DNA from: Perkinsus olseni
Taxonomy: Eukaryota
Assembly (NCBI GenBank): GCA_013115125.1
Contig: JABANN010000130.1
Coordinates: 1-64,000 of the forward strand
Length of the DNA: 64,000 nt
Reading direction: 5' to 3'
Under the pieces are notes generated by a model. That model was not told the DNA's origin. It saw only the letters and a list, made by a program, of their open reading frames with translations, and ran no database searches. The translations under genes and the position numbers were made by a program. This document shows positions 37,501-51,016 of this stretch, one piece after another; within the stretch, counting starts at the first letter, position 1; each line of letters opens with the position of its first letter.

Positions 37501-40500
37501 GTCCATCCCTTGGCGGCTATGGCCGAGCACGGCGGTGATCACACGCAGGAGTCCAGCAACTGAGTCACGATGGCTGTCGCTGATGGCTGGGAGCAGCTCA
37601 AAAAGCATCCGCCGCCGCGGCCGGAGTATGGCTAGGACTATGGGCCAGGAGCGTGCCCGGTCCAGTGCCTACACTAAGCAGGGCCAACAGGCGAGGTTTG
37701 TGCTCGAACTACCGAGAACAGCGGGAACACCAGACTATCAGCGATATCTGACTCGGCTAGCTCGGCTCCATGAAGCATCTACGGAGAGGCTCCATAGAGT
37801 GCACTGACTCGACCAGCTGACGCCGAAGTCATCCAAAACTCGAGAAAAAAGACGAAGGCACGCACACCTCGGAAGCCACGGCGTCCATGATCTCTTCGAG
37901 TACGGGAGCATTCGAACAAACTAGCTCCAACGCATGAGGGCAAGGTGGGGATGCAACGGCAACAAGGAAGGCGTGCCTGGGCGGGTGAGTGCGCACAAGG
38001 AGGTTGATGATGCAGGGCTAACCATGTCCAGTATGGGCTAATGCCCCACCCTGGTGACCCGCATTTGAGGATGACCTCCATCATTTTCGGAGCTCCGATG
38101 AGGGCACACACAGAGTCAGAGACAGCGGGCTGCTGTTGTGCGAGCAGGGACCTACAGGAGGCCTTTCATTAACGGCCCTCCAGCGAGAGATTCCCAACCT
38201 CAGCAAAGCGAAGGCACGCCGCCTTGTGGCCACAGGCTGGTCGAGGTCACCGATGCAGGCAAGCCAGTCCTTGGCGCAGTCCAGCAGGAGTTCTATCCGG
38301 TCTTCTGGACCCTGAGCACGCAGACTACGGTCAGCCGCTGTTGATTTTCCGAGCTGTATCGCACCGCAGTCTCGCCTTCCGCGGTCAGAGTGCGACACAG
38401 CTCCCCGTAAGCGTCAAAGATACCCTCCTGCACTCCCTCAACTTCCGACCGTCGCAAGGCGGACAAGGTGCGGAGCATGCAGAGCCACGCGGGGCGACTC
38501 AGGTCTCGGCGCGCCTGCCAGCGTTCCACTGGTTGCTTAAGATTCTGACCTTCTTCTACCGCTAGTGGGAGCAGGTCTTGCAGAATGCGGTTATGAGTCT
38601 CCGGCTCGGCATCGTAAGTGAGCGCTACGAGACAGCCGACCGCGGCCATCTGCGGGGACTGAGGAGTCAACATAGCTGGCTGATGCGGGATCTGCGATGG
38701 ATCACCATCGGAGTGGCTTTGACGTGGAGGTTGTCGTCTCTGGCGCTCTCTATCAGCGCCGCCTCCAGCGAAGCAGGCGGTGTGTCCACTAGTCCAGCTC
38801 GCATGGTAGGGGTCAGGACGCTAGGCGATCCCGAAGCCATCCGCCCTGACCAGAAATGACTGACTGTCGATGCGACAGTGGAGGACCCGCCGGAAGTCGC
38901 TAACTTCACCAATGGTACATTCCCGTTCATAGAATAACGAGCAACAGAAGAAGCCTTCGGTAAGAGGTATTCGCATGGAATATCTGCACGTTCCCAAAGG
39001 CGATTCGCAGCGAATCATTGCCGCCCTTAGAGGAGACCCTCAGCGCACGCGGAAGGATCCAAAGATACGCTTCCGACTGGGTTACTTGTTGCCACCCAGA
39101 GCCCCATGATGGCTGTCCTGCGGATCGCAACGGACCGGGAGTCAGCCAAGATGAGGAGACTTCGAATGAGGGAATGCTGCAGCTGCTGCGGGGCATAGCT
39201 GATGGGCTGCTCGGCCGTGATGAACCGTAGCAGGCTCCTGCGGACGAGAGATGCGACCGATTCCACTCGTAACCGTCGGATGTACTTCGCGCACGCAAGC
39301 TGAACGTCATCGTCGTCAAGTGACCAGCAGAGGCTGACCAGCCGTCCCACACCTCCCTCGGCAACCTATTCGACGGCGGTATCAGCCAGAGAGGTCGTCC
39401 GAAGCTAGAGGACCCACCAACGGTTCTGAAAAGTCCGCTTGGAGGTAGAGAAAGGCCATCAAGTTCATGGCTTCGAGGCAAACTCGGGTGTCCGAGCTGC
39501 GACACAGCTGAGCCAGAGTTCTTATCTGGGTAAGGAGAGTCGAGGAGTCATCAGGATATGTCGCTACAAGATCCTGGGCCACATCGCCAGCTCTGAGGAG
39601 CTCTGCGAAGGAATGGATGGCCTCTTTCCTAGCCTCGCAGCACCGGGACAGGGATAGCTCGTGATGCCTGAGGGGCATCGTGAGAACGAAGTGGTGGAAT
39701 TGCGATACACTACAGACTGGCCTCTCCCAGATGGCTGATCTCGGCGGCCTCGGCACCAGATAGCTGACCGAAGGCGATATTAACCAGCGAGTTGACCTCC
39801 TGCTGCAGTGCATCGTCGTCTCCCGACACGCTAGTAAGCAGTAGGAGATCACGGATCCAGCTAAGGACTGAGCTATTGTACTCAGTGGCGCCTTGGTTGG
39901 ATGCCAAGAAGGCCAAGGTCCATGCCGCATTGAGCCGGACCTGGGACAACACTCGATATTGGATGGACATATGGATAGGATGAGGAGGAGTGCTCGAGGA
40001 AAGCCTTTCGTAGTGGCCATTGCTTTGGACGGCTAGTGGCTTCCGTTGGAGAGCGCCTCACCCGCGTACATCCGCGACATCAGAGATCGCCAATCGGTGG
40101 AGGGTAGTGGACACGCTGGCGTCGGACATGCCCTTCAGGTTCACTGGGCTACTGGCAAGGTGAGAGAGGGCTGCCGAGATCCAGACAGCTGCCTGAGTGG
40201 AAGTAAAAAGCCGCAGTCAGTCGCCGCCAGACCTTCACCTTCGCAGGAGTCGCCTCTCCGCGAGAGGTTGTTAATGCTTCGAGAATGAGGTCGAGTGCGC
40301 CCTCATCGACCAGCATCGTTTGTGTTGCTGTATGCTGCAACAGCAAGCCTGGAGCATTAAAAAACAAAGAATGTCTTCATTTCTCTGCCAAGAACCTCCG
40401 TGAAAACACGCTGAGCGTCGGGGAACCGAAGAAAAGGCGTGGAGTTCTTACAGACGGCAGCGCCCAGGCTGACAAGGGGAGACATGCCGTCCTCAGTCGT

Positions 40501-42216
40501 CGCAGCTGCGATCAGATGCCGCCATAGATCTGCAATCTTGCCCCACTCGACGACGAGCGCCGTAGCACTGTCCTCGTGTAACGACAGAGAAGATAGAGCC
40601 AAACAAGCATGCCCTAGAACCTACTCAGCGACAATTGTATCGCCTCGAAGCCGGGCACTATGGGAGCCAGCCAGTATGTACCCGGGCGATCGCTATCGGA
40701 ACGGCAGTCACGGGTCGCTTCTCGGGCTCGAATCATGACGGTGCAAGCTCACCTCTTGCTCTTGCTGGGGGTCTATGAGCCTAGCAAGAGCGGTCATGGT
40801 ATGGTCTAGCATGTAACACCGGGACTGGTCATCATCGGCCAGACAGAATACGGCTAGGGGTAGATACCTGGAGACGTTCGTCCACAACTCTTATGTACAG
40901 CACTGCTCGAGCAGTATGAAGCGTGTTCTCTTTAAGTACGAGTTGTCGTGAAGCGAAGTCTCCAGAATTTCGTTCAGGAGAAAGCCCTAACGGCATTGTG
41001 ACCTAGCGGTGTGGGGCGAGACACATGAGCTGATGGCCGGTAGCGAGCTACTGCCTTCATCAGTGGACGATCTCTACTCATCCATGCGATGATGTTGAAC
41101 TATAGATAGGCAACAACGTCCTGACTTCTATGTACGCGTCTTAGACTTTTCTATTCAACGGTTACGGATCCGAACCGCATCATGCGATTTTCCAGTCGCA
41201 ATCGCCAACGTTGAGGGCTTGTCTGGTGAAGTCGCCCATCTGTACGTACTTATGGAAGACTTGATCATTGCTCAAGATCTGCACCAGTAGTCGCAAGCCG
41301 TTCGGAGCTCTACCGAAACACGCAGCAGAAGAGGCATCCGTCACCACGAGAACATGAAGGTATCTGCCGAGCCGTCGGCCAGCCGATAGTGCATTTGCCA
41401 GTCTCACTTTGCCACAGCGAGGCGACTCCCAGCTGAGAGGCTCCCAAGCTCTTCAACCAAGGTTGCAATAAAGGAGGGCTCTGAGAGTGCGGAGACCTCG
41501 CACTCACGTGAACTCACGGCTGACCCTACTCGGATCTTCGCACTGCCTAGCTGCGGCCCTTCTGGCGAACACCATCTGAAGGCCTTCGAAGTCTTTACCA
41601 ACATCCGTGGCTATACCCTCAAGCCTACGGACTCAAGCGCTATCATGAGAAGGTGGTGGAGTCTCCATGGACTTACCATGAGAGTCCCCGCCGCAGAAAC
41701 GAAAGATGGTTTCCTTGTGAAGGTCTGTGTAGATTTCCAATTCGAGGAGCGTGTTCGTCTTCATCGGTTTCTTCCTCTGTTTCTTCGATAATAACCTGTA
41801 CTATGCCCTTCCTCACTGTAAAGCGAACACGATCGAATTCGGGCCTCCAAGCCGGTCTTGTGTAGAAACGTAGTACACTGTTCACAAGGACCGTCATTAA
41901 TCCTGCTACCAGGATGCCTAGCCAAGAGAAGAAGGAGAACGGACTGGGCGCTCGAGCTCGAGAAATGAGGATGAGCCTCACCAACAAGGCGAAGTCCTCT
42001 CAAGCGTACCGGCATGAAAGGCTTCTCGCGACACCTTAATCGCCGCTTATATTCCTTGGTAAGGCCTGTGTTAGCCCGGTCGACAGTCGTTAGAGCTCCA
42101 GCTGGGACTCTCTGATGTCCGCGATCCGCACTGACTGGAGATGCCGCATCACTCATTGCGCGGGTGTTGATACACTCTGCTGCAATTCGGAGAATCTTAT
42201 CCTCATTTCCATCCAT
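34582..42216 (-). CDS. Large armadillo/HEAT-repeat protein (multi-exon; may be more than one gene; ends approximate)
   Basis: Helical repeat exons such as VRSHAAWLVSSLA, VLEHALWGLTQVSLDDDEVVERLVAVGVPAIVCNL, VRLNAAWTLAFLA, LVDEGALDLILEAL. Confidence 0.6.
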
Positions 42217-42683
42217 CCTTATACGAATTCATCCTGTCTAACAGATCTACAGTAGTCTCATGGATAAAATTTGCTCAGCGTTGTCACCTCGGGGGACTCG
42301 TTTCGGTTGCGCAATGATATCCTCCAGGGAGGGTACTGCTATCGAGCTGCTCGAATCGAGTCCATTCGATTGGTGTTCACCCTCGTTTCGCCTGCTCTAC
42401 CCTCCACACGAAGACATTCTAATGTGAGCCAGACTCTTCAACGCAAGAGCTAGAAGATCGAAAAAACTATGGTGCGATCACAGTGCTCAGGGCTGCTCCG
42501 TTGAGAGGCGGGCAGCAAGGGAAACGAAGAGTGTTGGACACATGGACAGCTACTGAGAGGGTCTCCTCTACGGAAAGTTCCGCCCACGGCTACAGTTTAA
42601 CATTCAGTTGGCTCAAAGACGATCTGCTCTCTCTCGTTAAGCAGCAGTAATAATGATGGTGAACAATATGGCGACAGCTGCTC

Positions 42684-45438
42684 TCAGTTGTTCAGTGAAG
42701 GGACGAAGTCACAACCAACCAAGTCGATGTCTTTTAACACGTCGACTACGTCATCTCGAGTGACCGAGCGAGGGTTGGCGAAGGTCCACCTAGGAAGGCA
42801 GCAGCAGAGTTGTGCTACGGCGAAGGGAACGAGCTCACCTGAAGAAGTTGTACTCTCCGGTAAAGGTGATCATGGCCAAGCCAAGATTCTGCATACGGTC
42901 CTTGCAGTAAGGAATGACCTGTTGAACGCACAGCTAAGACGAGATACGAAAAGACCTTATCGCAGCTATCGGGCCGGAGCAAGAACCCCGCTCCTTACCT
43001 GACAGAGCATCGAGGCTTCGTCCGGGGAGAGAGCTCCCGAAGAAGGTTTGAGATGATTGAGCGAGGGTGGGATGTACCTTCAATAACAGAGAGCCTCAGG
43101 GCACAGCGGCATTGGGGGATAGGGACTACCAGAAGCAGACATTGGCGTACTCGGGGTCGTGGTGTAGCTCGAAGCGTCCCGAGAATTGGCTCGACTTGTC
43201 GCTCTGGGTGATCACTTTTGCAGCGTATTGCGAGAGCTCGATCGCTGATGGAATCATCGAATCCGTGAGACGCACGCATCAACATAAGATACGGCGCAAA
43301 ATGCTCGTATTGCATCGGACCAGACTTACCCCACTCGACTCGGTGGCGTAGAGCCTCATCTCCGATATGCTTCCAAGCCAGCCAGATCTTGAACGCGTCA
43401 GGGCGTCTTCCACCTAGACCAGGAGAGAGATTGTCTCGGCAGTGCGGCGGCATCAACGCGGCCTCCTCCCACACTGAATGGTCCAGTCGCCTCTGTCCAT
43501 GTCCCCATGCAACTTCTCCTTCTGGAAGAGGTAGGGCGCCTGAGTGCCGTTGCAGGCATGTAGCTGAGAGAAACCAGAGGGTCGGAGTCGAGTGAACGGA
43601 GAGGACTGACCAGACCACGGCCCTTCCTATGGACCACCATGCTGCACTGAAGTGGCGCTCCGACCTGACAGAGACTTCACTGTCTAGACGATCGACGTGA
43701 ATAGTCCACCATCTTATGCGGATTCCAGCAGAAGGAGTCGACCTTCTCAACCCCTCTCAGTAGGCGGTCACGGGTCGCAGGCGAGCCAAGCAGGGCCGCG
43801 CCACCTGCCGTCAGTGCGCTTCAGTAGGACTGCATTCACCCGAGCTGACCTTACCCCAGGCGCCATCGACATGCAGCCACAAACCGTATTTATCGCATAC
43901 CGCTCTCAAGCCGACCAGCTCATCGAAGGAACCTCAGGAGGACAGGTTAAATCTCGACAGCCGACCGACTGCAGTACCCCAAACTGTCGTCCCAGCAGTG
44001 GCACCAACAAAGAAGGGCTGCGAACCAGCTGCAAGATCGACTCGAATTTGCCTTTCCAGCTCCTCAGGTTTCATTCGACCTCGATCGTCTATTGGTATCT
44101 AATGCGTGTCACCATGGCCGACGGACTCAAGCCACGCGACAGCAAATGCAGTGACTTGAGACTTGCCGATTCGATAAGGCCAGTTCCGGCCACTTCGAAA
44201 GTGCGACAGAACCTCCCATTAATCAATCGAGATTGAGTTGCGCACTTTTCTACAATCAGCCAGTCGAGCAGCAAGCGACGAGAAAGACAACAGACGGACA
44301 TACGACATCAACTCACCTCCTTCATGTTGTCCTCACCGATCCCCATCAGATGCGCAGCTTTGGCATAGGAGTAGTGGGCTGCTGCCGAGCAGTAACTGTG
44401 CAAGACTCGTCCAGTACAGCGGCGTTGATCACAGTGGCTCACCAGACAAGCTGCCCTGGAAGAGCCTGGATGCCTTTGCGTTTCACTTCAGGAAACTTGA
44501 AAAACCTAGCCAGCTGGAGGCCGTATAAATTAGCGATGGATCCGCCAGGCACGAAGAGACCTATGAGCTTAGCTGGTTCAGTCCGGGGAGGGCAAGGCGT
44601 CTAACCTTCGGAGGTCGTGGGATCGAATCCCAGCAGCTGCACAGTCTTATCGATAACACTGGCTTCGACCATAACAAAAACAGGAGCGATCTCGAAGGTA
44701 TACGCGCTGGTATTGCACGCCACTGTGAGCATCTCGCCGACAAGGCCTGCGGAAGGTCAGCACGCTCTACCGCCATCTCCACGGGGGAGGGGTGAACCTT
44801 ACCAGATGCGTCGGAGCGACCGAAGAGTGTGTTGAAAAACTGGGGATGCCCAGTTCGGGCGGAGAGACGGAGCGTAGCGGCACATGCTGACACGATGGCC
44901 TCTGCGCCAACACGCTTGCCTGAGAGAAGAAAGCCACTGCAAGAGGAGTGTGGATGAATCAATTCTGCTAGGCTGACCAGCAACGTTAAAAGGCATAAGA
45001 GGTCTCCCGAGATACAGCCTTAATTCCTTGGAAAGAATTGAGCGAAGATGAGCTGCACGCTAGTCTTGGGCATACTACAGCAGCCTCCGAGGTGTCGAGG
45101 ACTCAGATTCAAAAGTTTCGAAGAATGGACCCAGGAGCCATAGAGAGCATAGAAGGATCTCTCTCAGCCGGCCTACCATCGTGTAGGGAGAGATCACATC
45201 CGCACTGTCGCATGATCTGATCTATCTCCTGAGGGTCCTTGAACTCAATGACCTTCTGGCCGCGGTCCTCAGCAGAGGCAACGTAATCTGAGGGAGCCGT
45301 GACCCCCATACGACTGAGTGAGGGCAATTCACCTCTAAGCATGGCGGTGACGCGGTCGAAGATCTCAGCGGGCTCTCCGCTGTCGCTGCTGCTACTGTGA
45401 ATCTTCATGTGACTTCGACAGCCGTCGGCATCTCCCAT
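42684..45438 (-). CDS. Group II PLP-dependent decarboxylase (glutamate / cysteine-sulfinate decarboxylase family)
   Basis: TGHPQFFNTLF, YTFEIAPVF, PGGSIANLYGL, HYSYAK, WLHVDGAWG, WNPHKM (PLP lysine), GRRPDAFKIWLAWK. Confidence 0.9.
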
Positions 45439-45604
45439 GAAAGGCGGCATAGGACGCGATAGGAAAAATGTCACTAACCTCACAACAGCAACAGCCTCCC
45501 TTCACGAGTGGATTGAAAACGCAACACTGCGGTGGCTCAAGTCAAAGGGCACAAGGGCATGTAATGATACTACGACTGATGAGGACTGCGGAAGGTGCAA
45601 CATG

Positions 45605-47451
45605 TCAGTTCAGAACACGTGACTCATAAGTTGGTATCATGTACTTGATATTGATAAAAGCCTAAAGAACCCAAACTGCGGAGGTTCGACTCCAACGACC
45701 GACAGACTGCGGGCTATCGTCTCTTCAATAAAGCGACTTACATCCTCTCCGCCATGAGTCTCGAGAACGGTGAGCGTATCTTCAATCATCGCCCCAAGGT
45801 TACGCTTGCTTCCGAAGTCCATTTCGTCTCCTACACAGGAGAATGCACGACCGCTGAGGTAAAGGGAAGTACCCATGTTCCTCTGGCCTTTGAAAATATT
45901 GAAAATCGGCAGCAACTGGCGGTAGTAGGGCACAAGGGCCTCGCCGATCTGTTCACCACTCTTCACCATCACTTGAATCAGATGGAGTGCCTGCTCGATG
46001 GCTGACCACCGGCATGATACGCGAAGACCCAACGCACCTTTCGCATGGCCTTGGGGTCTTTGCTGTTGAGAGCACGCTTCAAGGGAAGAATCTGAGACCG
46101 AATGCGCACTGTGAAGAGAATCTTTCCGCTGTTCCTACAAGCTTCGATAAGATCGGCAGCAGGCGATCGTCCCCTCCCATTTTAATGAGCTCCTGAGCTC
46201 CTTCGTAGGCCACGAATTCAAACCTAAAATGCCGAAACGTCAATATTGATGATTCCGGGGTACAATAGAGAGCATCGAAATTGATGTGAAGATACAGTAA
46301 AGTTTCACTGGTTCTCCACAAACTAGATCCCCTCCTAATCGCGCCTCAATCAGCTTGCCCAGCTTGATGGCGGTGTTGATTTGACGCTAGCGCCCGGCAG
46401 GTGGTGGTGGATAGACAGTAGTAGAGGCCTCACTGTAACAACCGCGCAGGAGTAAGCGTCTTACAGCGGCTGAACTTCTCTAATTCCATCGATGAAGATC
46501 GGCAGAACCACCGAGTAGTCGACGGTGTCGGGAGGAACTTTCCACCTGAGACGAGAGGCTGTCGTTTTCTCGCCAGCACGGGTCTCACTGAAGGGTCTTG
46601 CGACCGTCATGCTTCATCTTGAACGGCATATCAGAGCGGCCATAGAATGCTCGGAAGCCGGTGTCTATTCCCCCAGTAACCTGGAGTGCATGCGGAATTG
46701 CAATGGAACGTAGCAGCGCAGGAGCGACCTTCCGCGGCGTCCTCTTGAACTTGAAGCAGCCGGTAGGGGAAGGGCCGTCACCCCAGCTCTTTCTAGGCCC
46801 TGAGAAGCATTTCTGAAGCTCGAGACTGAGAGTGACGCGCACTCACTTCGAGTAATCTTGTCGTGCAGCTCTTTTGAATAAGCGACAAGAACTGGAGTTT
46901 TTTGTTCTCGGGAAGTCATCTGCAGATGACGATCAGTCACGACTTGCACGTATGCGCACCATCATGCGTATAGCGACGTTACGTGGAAGCTCACCCCTCG
47001 TGAGGAAGCCCTTACCCTAGGTGATGCCATCCTGCCTCCGGTGATGCTGAGATCGGTCGGAGGCCTGAAGATCATCTTCAGAAGATGACGGCCGATGAAG
47101 ACTTCCAGCGTCGGCCAACGCAGCGTGGGCATGCGTGCAAGCATGCGTGCGAAACAGTGTCTTCACAGTACGCCCCTACATCGGAGTGGCTGTGTTGTGG
47201 GGCGCCGTCCGCGCTGTTCTTGCACGGCGAGCGCCTTCGTCCAACGGAATGATCTCGCACGGTCGATGAGTAGCTGCCAGAAGTAAGGCTGTGAAAGAAA
47301 GTCGACGAGCGTGGCCGGGTAGGTGGACGCGTGTGCTATCCATCGAACGAGTCGCCAAGCGTAGTTCCGGCAACTCACCGACGATAGGGTCCTTCCTCGG
47401 GCTCGGTGGTGGTAGGAGGAGGGAGGGCACTGCTGGGGCAGCAGTTACCAT
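45605..47451 (-). CDS. PACRG: Parkin co-regulated gene protein (axonemal inner junction), N-terminally extended
   Basis: [49 protein letters not shown]; start codon less certain. Confidence 0.9.
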
Positions 47452-47598
47452 CTACTATTTAGGCGAGAAGAATTCAAGCGACTGAATAACGGATTGGCCT
47501 CCCTAGGCTTCCGCGAACGCCTGCGGTTTAACGATAAGTATATCGATCACTCGGGCGTGCGCTAAACACGTCACGTCACTTCGACTTGTGCCACAAAC

Positions 47599-48651
47599 AT
47601 GTCGTGTTCGACCTCTCCCCTTTCCTTCTCGCAGGCTGAGTCCTTTCTCTTCGGGGAACGTGATCGCCTTTCAAGGCCTCACGACAGCTGCTCGCCCCAC
47701 AATGGGAATCTTAGGTTGATGGTGGCAGATGCCGGGTTGCTGTCTCGATGCTCGTCCAATGAAATAGGTAGTACGAGGGGGGAAAGCCAAAATCCACGGG
47801 ACCTCGCGCGACGGTCGGGGAAAGGCAACAGAAAGGAACACGGAATTGTGGGTGGAGGCAGGAACGGGAAACCAGAAGGCCCTCCCGAAACCCGACAGGG
47901 CAGTCCGATCCTGAAGATGCTACTTCGGAAGTTGAACTTTTCCCTCGGATTTAGGGAAGTGCCCGTAGTACGAGAGGGGTAGGATGATCGTCTTGCCTTC
48001 ACTATGCTGTGGTTTTCGTTTTCAACGGGATATAGCAGGCAGTCTTTGCTGTAGGCTCGGCCGTCCCAGTGAGGGGCGTCTCGGCCGATCACCCGACTGC
48101 CTTCTTCGGATTTTCCGATGTGAAGGCCTCCTTACGGCAGGGGGCCGACCTGGGGAGGAATGGTAAGCCCAAGGGCTCTGGTCCCTCCGACGGAGCTGAT
48201 GATAACCCCAACAGCAACGGCAGCGAGCAGTCGCAGCAGCAAGGAACTCACGCCAGGTGGGATGAGCGACCGGCCGATGACACTCGTCCAGTGAAAGTGC
48301 CAAGATGCTCAGCCGTTAAACTTCAATCTCGTTCATCCGTCACCACGGGGAGGATTGCCTACCAGGCGCTACTGCTAAGAGCTGAGCCTCATCAGTTACA
48401 ATGAGCATCCCAGAGATGTCGAGGGCCTGGATCCCGACACCTGGCTGGCTGCCTACAACTTCAAGTGGTACATGATGTGGGGCAGTATCGCTGCGGCCCT
48501 CAGCATTGCATGTGAGGAGGAAAGGATCTTTCCATTGCTGCTACTGTTAGTGATTACTTTCTTGCCAGTGACAGCTGTGTACTGCCGCTTTATACGCAGG
48601 AAGCGTGGTGGTGACGACGACGACAGTAGTTCGGGATATAGCAGCGACTGA
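47599..48651 (+). CDS. Hypothetical protein with C-terminal transmembrane segment (start uncertain)
   Basis: Last exons WLAAYNFKWYMMWGSIAAALSIA and AVYCRFIRRKRGGDDDDSSSGYSSD*. Confidence 0.35.
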
Positions 48652-48842
48652 GCGAGAGAGGCCGTGCTAATGGCGGTGCGCGGTACTCCATCTGCTGCAG
48701 TGGTCGTGACTGCCATGGCCTTGGCATTGTCCACATGCATGCGGTCGTCTCTGGATCTTGTTGCGGCGTAGAGTTATTGCTGGTTTGAGTAGCGTGCCTA
48801 TCGGCAGTCGACTGGACAGTTCATAAATTGACTTGATTACGA

Positions 48843-50615
48843 ATGACAGCCGCCAGTCACTATTTTACAAGGAACAGGAATCCTCTGCTGATGAGGGATG
48901 AAGTTGGGCAGGCTAAACCCACCTACTATGACCTCCCTAATGAAGGATTTGTCTATGGCAAGAGCGAGGTAGTCGAGGGACGTGCGTCACAGTGGTGTCT
49001 CGAATCTCTATAGCTAATCATGGTTAATAACCTCTGATATTCTTTGCAGGATAACCATTGGTAATTCTGCTGCATCAAAGATCAGTGCATAGAAGGTCGC
49101 ATAGGTTATTTCAAAATTATTGTGGTTGCTGGCAATCCTCGGGACATCCTCGTGAAGTCAGCAGGAGATGGTGATACTCGAGTGGATCGACGTGTGAATA
49201 GCAGCCTTCGCACATTACTCCATCTTAATGTGAACGGTGGTGTGATCCACTCCCGAGAATCTTGGCATCCGTAAAGATCACGGTCCGACCTAAAGATCTT
49301 CATCGTTGGCTTGGCCTCCTATGCGCAGCGTGTGATTCTAGCGGTTTCTCAGGGAGCTGACCCAGAGGGAGCGAAGGAGATCACTATGACGTGGAAGAGT
49401 CACAAGCCAAATCCTGTCTCCGAGACGAACGTTTTGGTAGTAGTCGTTCGGGGGCTAGTCGCCGAGTGCAGCGCGAAGGTTGAGCCCGGTGGAGTATGGT
49501 GTTTAGGATTTCCGATCGCTGAATAAGTCGGCGATCGATGATGGAAAATGCCGTACTGCCAGCGACCAAAAGATCTATCGAGAGCAGCATCCTAAGTACG
49601 CGGAGTTACCTGGCTCGTTACACCTTCATCTGGTGGCGTTGGCAGATTCCTTGTCCACAAGAGTGCCAGCCAGAAGAGGCAGGAGGGAAGTTCTGTAGCA
49701 CCTCGCCATGAGAAGCCTATGCCCTCCAACTTCGTGTGAGACATTGTGGTGGGGTTAACTGTATCGTAGAAGTTGCGTTTGGAGTGGTAGGTACGGCAAG
49801 AAGACACGGCCAAGTACTCCGATATCTCATGTTATATCCAATCAGTTCGGCTTGGTGAGTCCTGTCGGCTGGGTCTGCTCGTTCTTGCTGAGGCGAAGGA
49901 ACGGGGCGCGTGAATTCTGAGATGTTATCATCGAAAACACTGGTATTTATCCGGACTCGTCATCATGCACTTCTCGGAGTGGCTACTTTCGAGCTGGTCG
50001 TATGTGTCTCAGCGGTTTTCCTTTTTCGTGGTAGTAACGTCGACAGTTGTAACAGCAAGGCAATACTCGAAGATTGGGAACGGATTTTGAGAACCCAGCG
50101 TGCTTTTTATCATCTCGCTAGGAGACTACGAGTATCTAGTCCAGCGTCATGTGTATAGGAATCGGAGATGGTTGTTGAAGCACAGTATGAGAAGATGGTG
50201 GAGGCAGAAGAGAAGGCAAAGTCGCATTGCCAGCTGAAGATCAAGTCAACTAGAGTATCACCTTTGGGCCTTTCTTCGTTTTACTGTGACGACTATAGGC
50301 CGCTAAGGGACATGCTGCTGTTGGGAAGTCGGCACATCAGAAGCATACAGTAGGGGAGGGTAAGAGGACTGAGCTATTCAAGCTGTCAAAGTTCAAAACG
50401 GTGGGTTGGAGGGTGGTGAGAGAGCAGGACTTATGCCGAGATTACAGGTACCGGCGAGATGCTATCTCCCGAAAGTAGCCAAAAATGTGGTATCGGAAGT
50501 GTTGGTAGTGGATGGAAAGGAGGAAAGCAAACCAGAGGAAAAGGCTGAGGTTGGATCTGATCGAGGTGATACGCGGGTTTCACCAGGGAACGCGGCTCCG
50601 AATCCACTGAGATAG
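48843..50615 (+). CDS. CFAP77: Cilia/flagella-associated protein 77-like (missed by the ORF track because exons are short)
   Basis: NPLLMRDEVGQAKPTYYDLPNEGFVYGK, DPEGAKEITMTWKSHKPNP, YGKKTRPSTPISHVISNQF, LFKLSKFKTV. Confidence 0.75.
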
Positions 50616-50860
50616 GAAGAATGACTTTGTTGTTCCATGGTCTCTGTGTCGATTTCTGTAGGGGAGGAGGAGGCTACATGATGAGAAGGGGCAGCTGAGC
50701 AGAGGAAGTTGATGATAGATGTCATTCAAGATACTTTCGCATGCAGCAGTGCATTGGGTGTTGGCTACAGATGAATACTAGCTGTGCAGAGTTCACGGGG
50801 TGACGGGCGTGTGGGTGTCGCGTGGCCAGCAGGGCTCGATGGCGTGCTTTCGCCAGTTTT

Positions 50861-50992
50861 GCATCCGATGGACGGGGGTTGTAGTTGATCTCCTTGATAG
50901 TCTTGCATCCGATAGACGGGGGTTGTAGCCGATCTCCTTGATAGTCTTGCATCCGATGGACGGGGGTTGTAGCCGATCTCCTTGATAGTCTT
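50861..50992. repeat. Minisatellite, 3 x 44 bp
   Basis: Unit GCATCCGATGGACGGGGGTTGTAGCCGATCTCCTTGATAGTCTT starting at 50861, 50905 and 50949. Confidence 0.95.
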
Positions 50993-51016
50993 ATCAGGGT
51001 TGCTCTTTCAACTGCT

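Noticed and set aside
50861-50992. CRISPR-like array
   Set aside because: No unique spacers, eukaryotic context; plain tandem repeat
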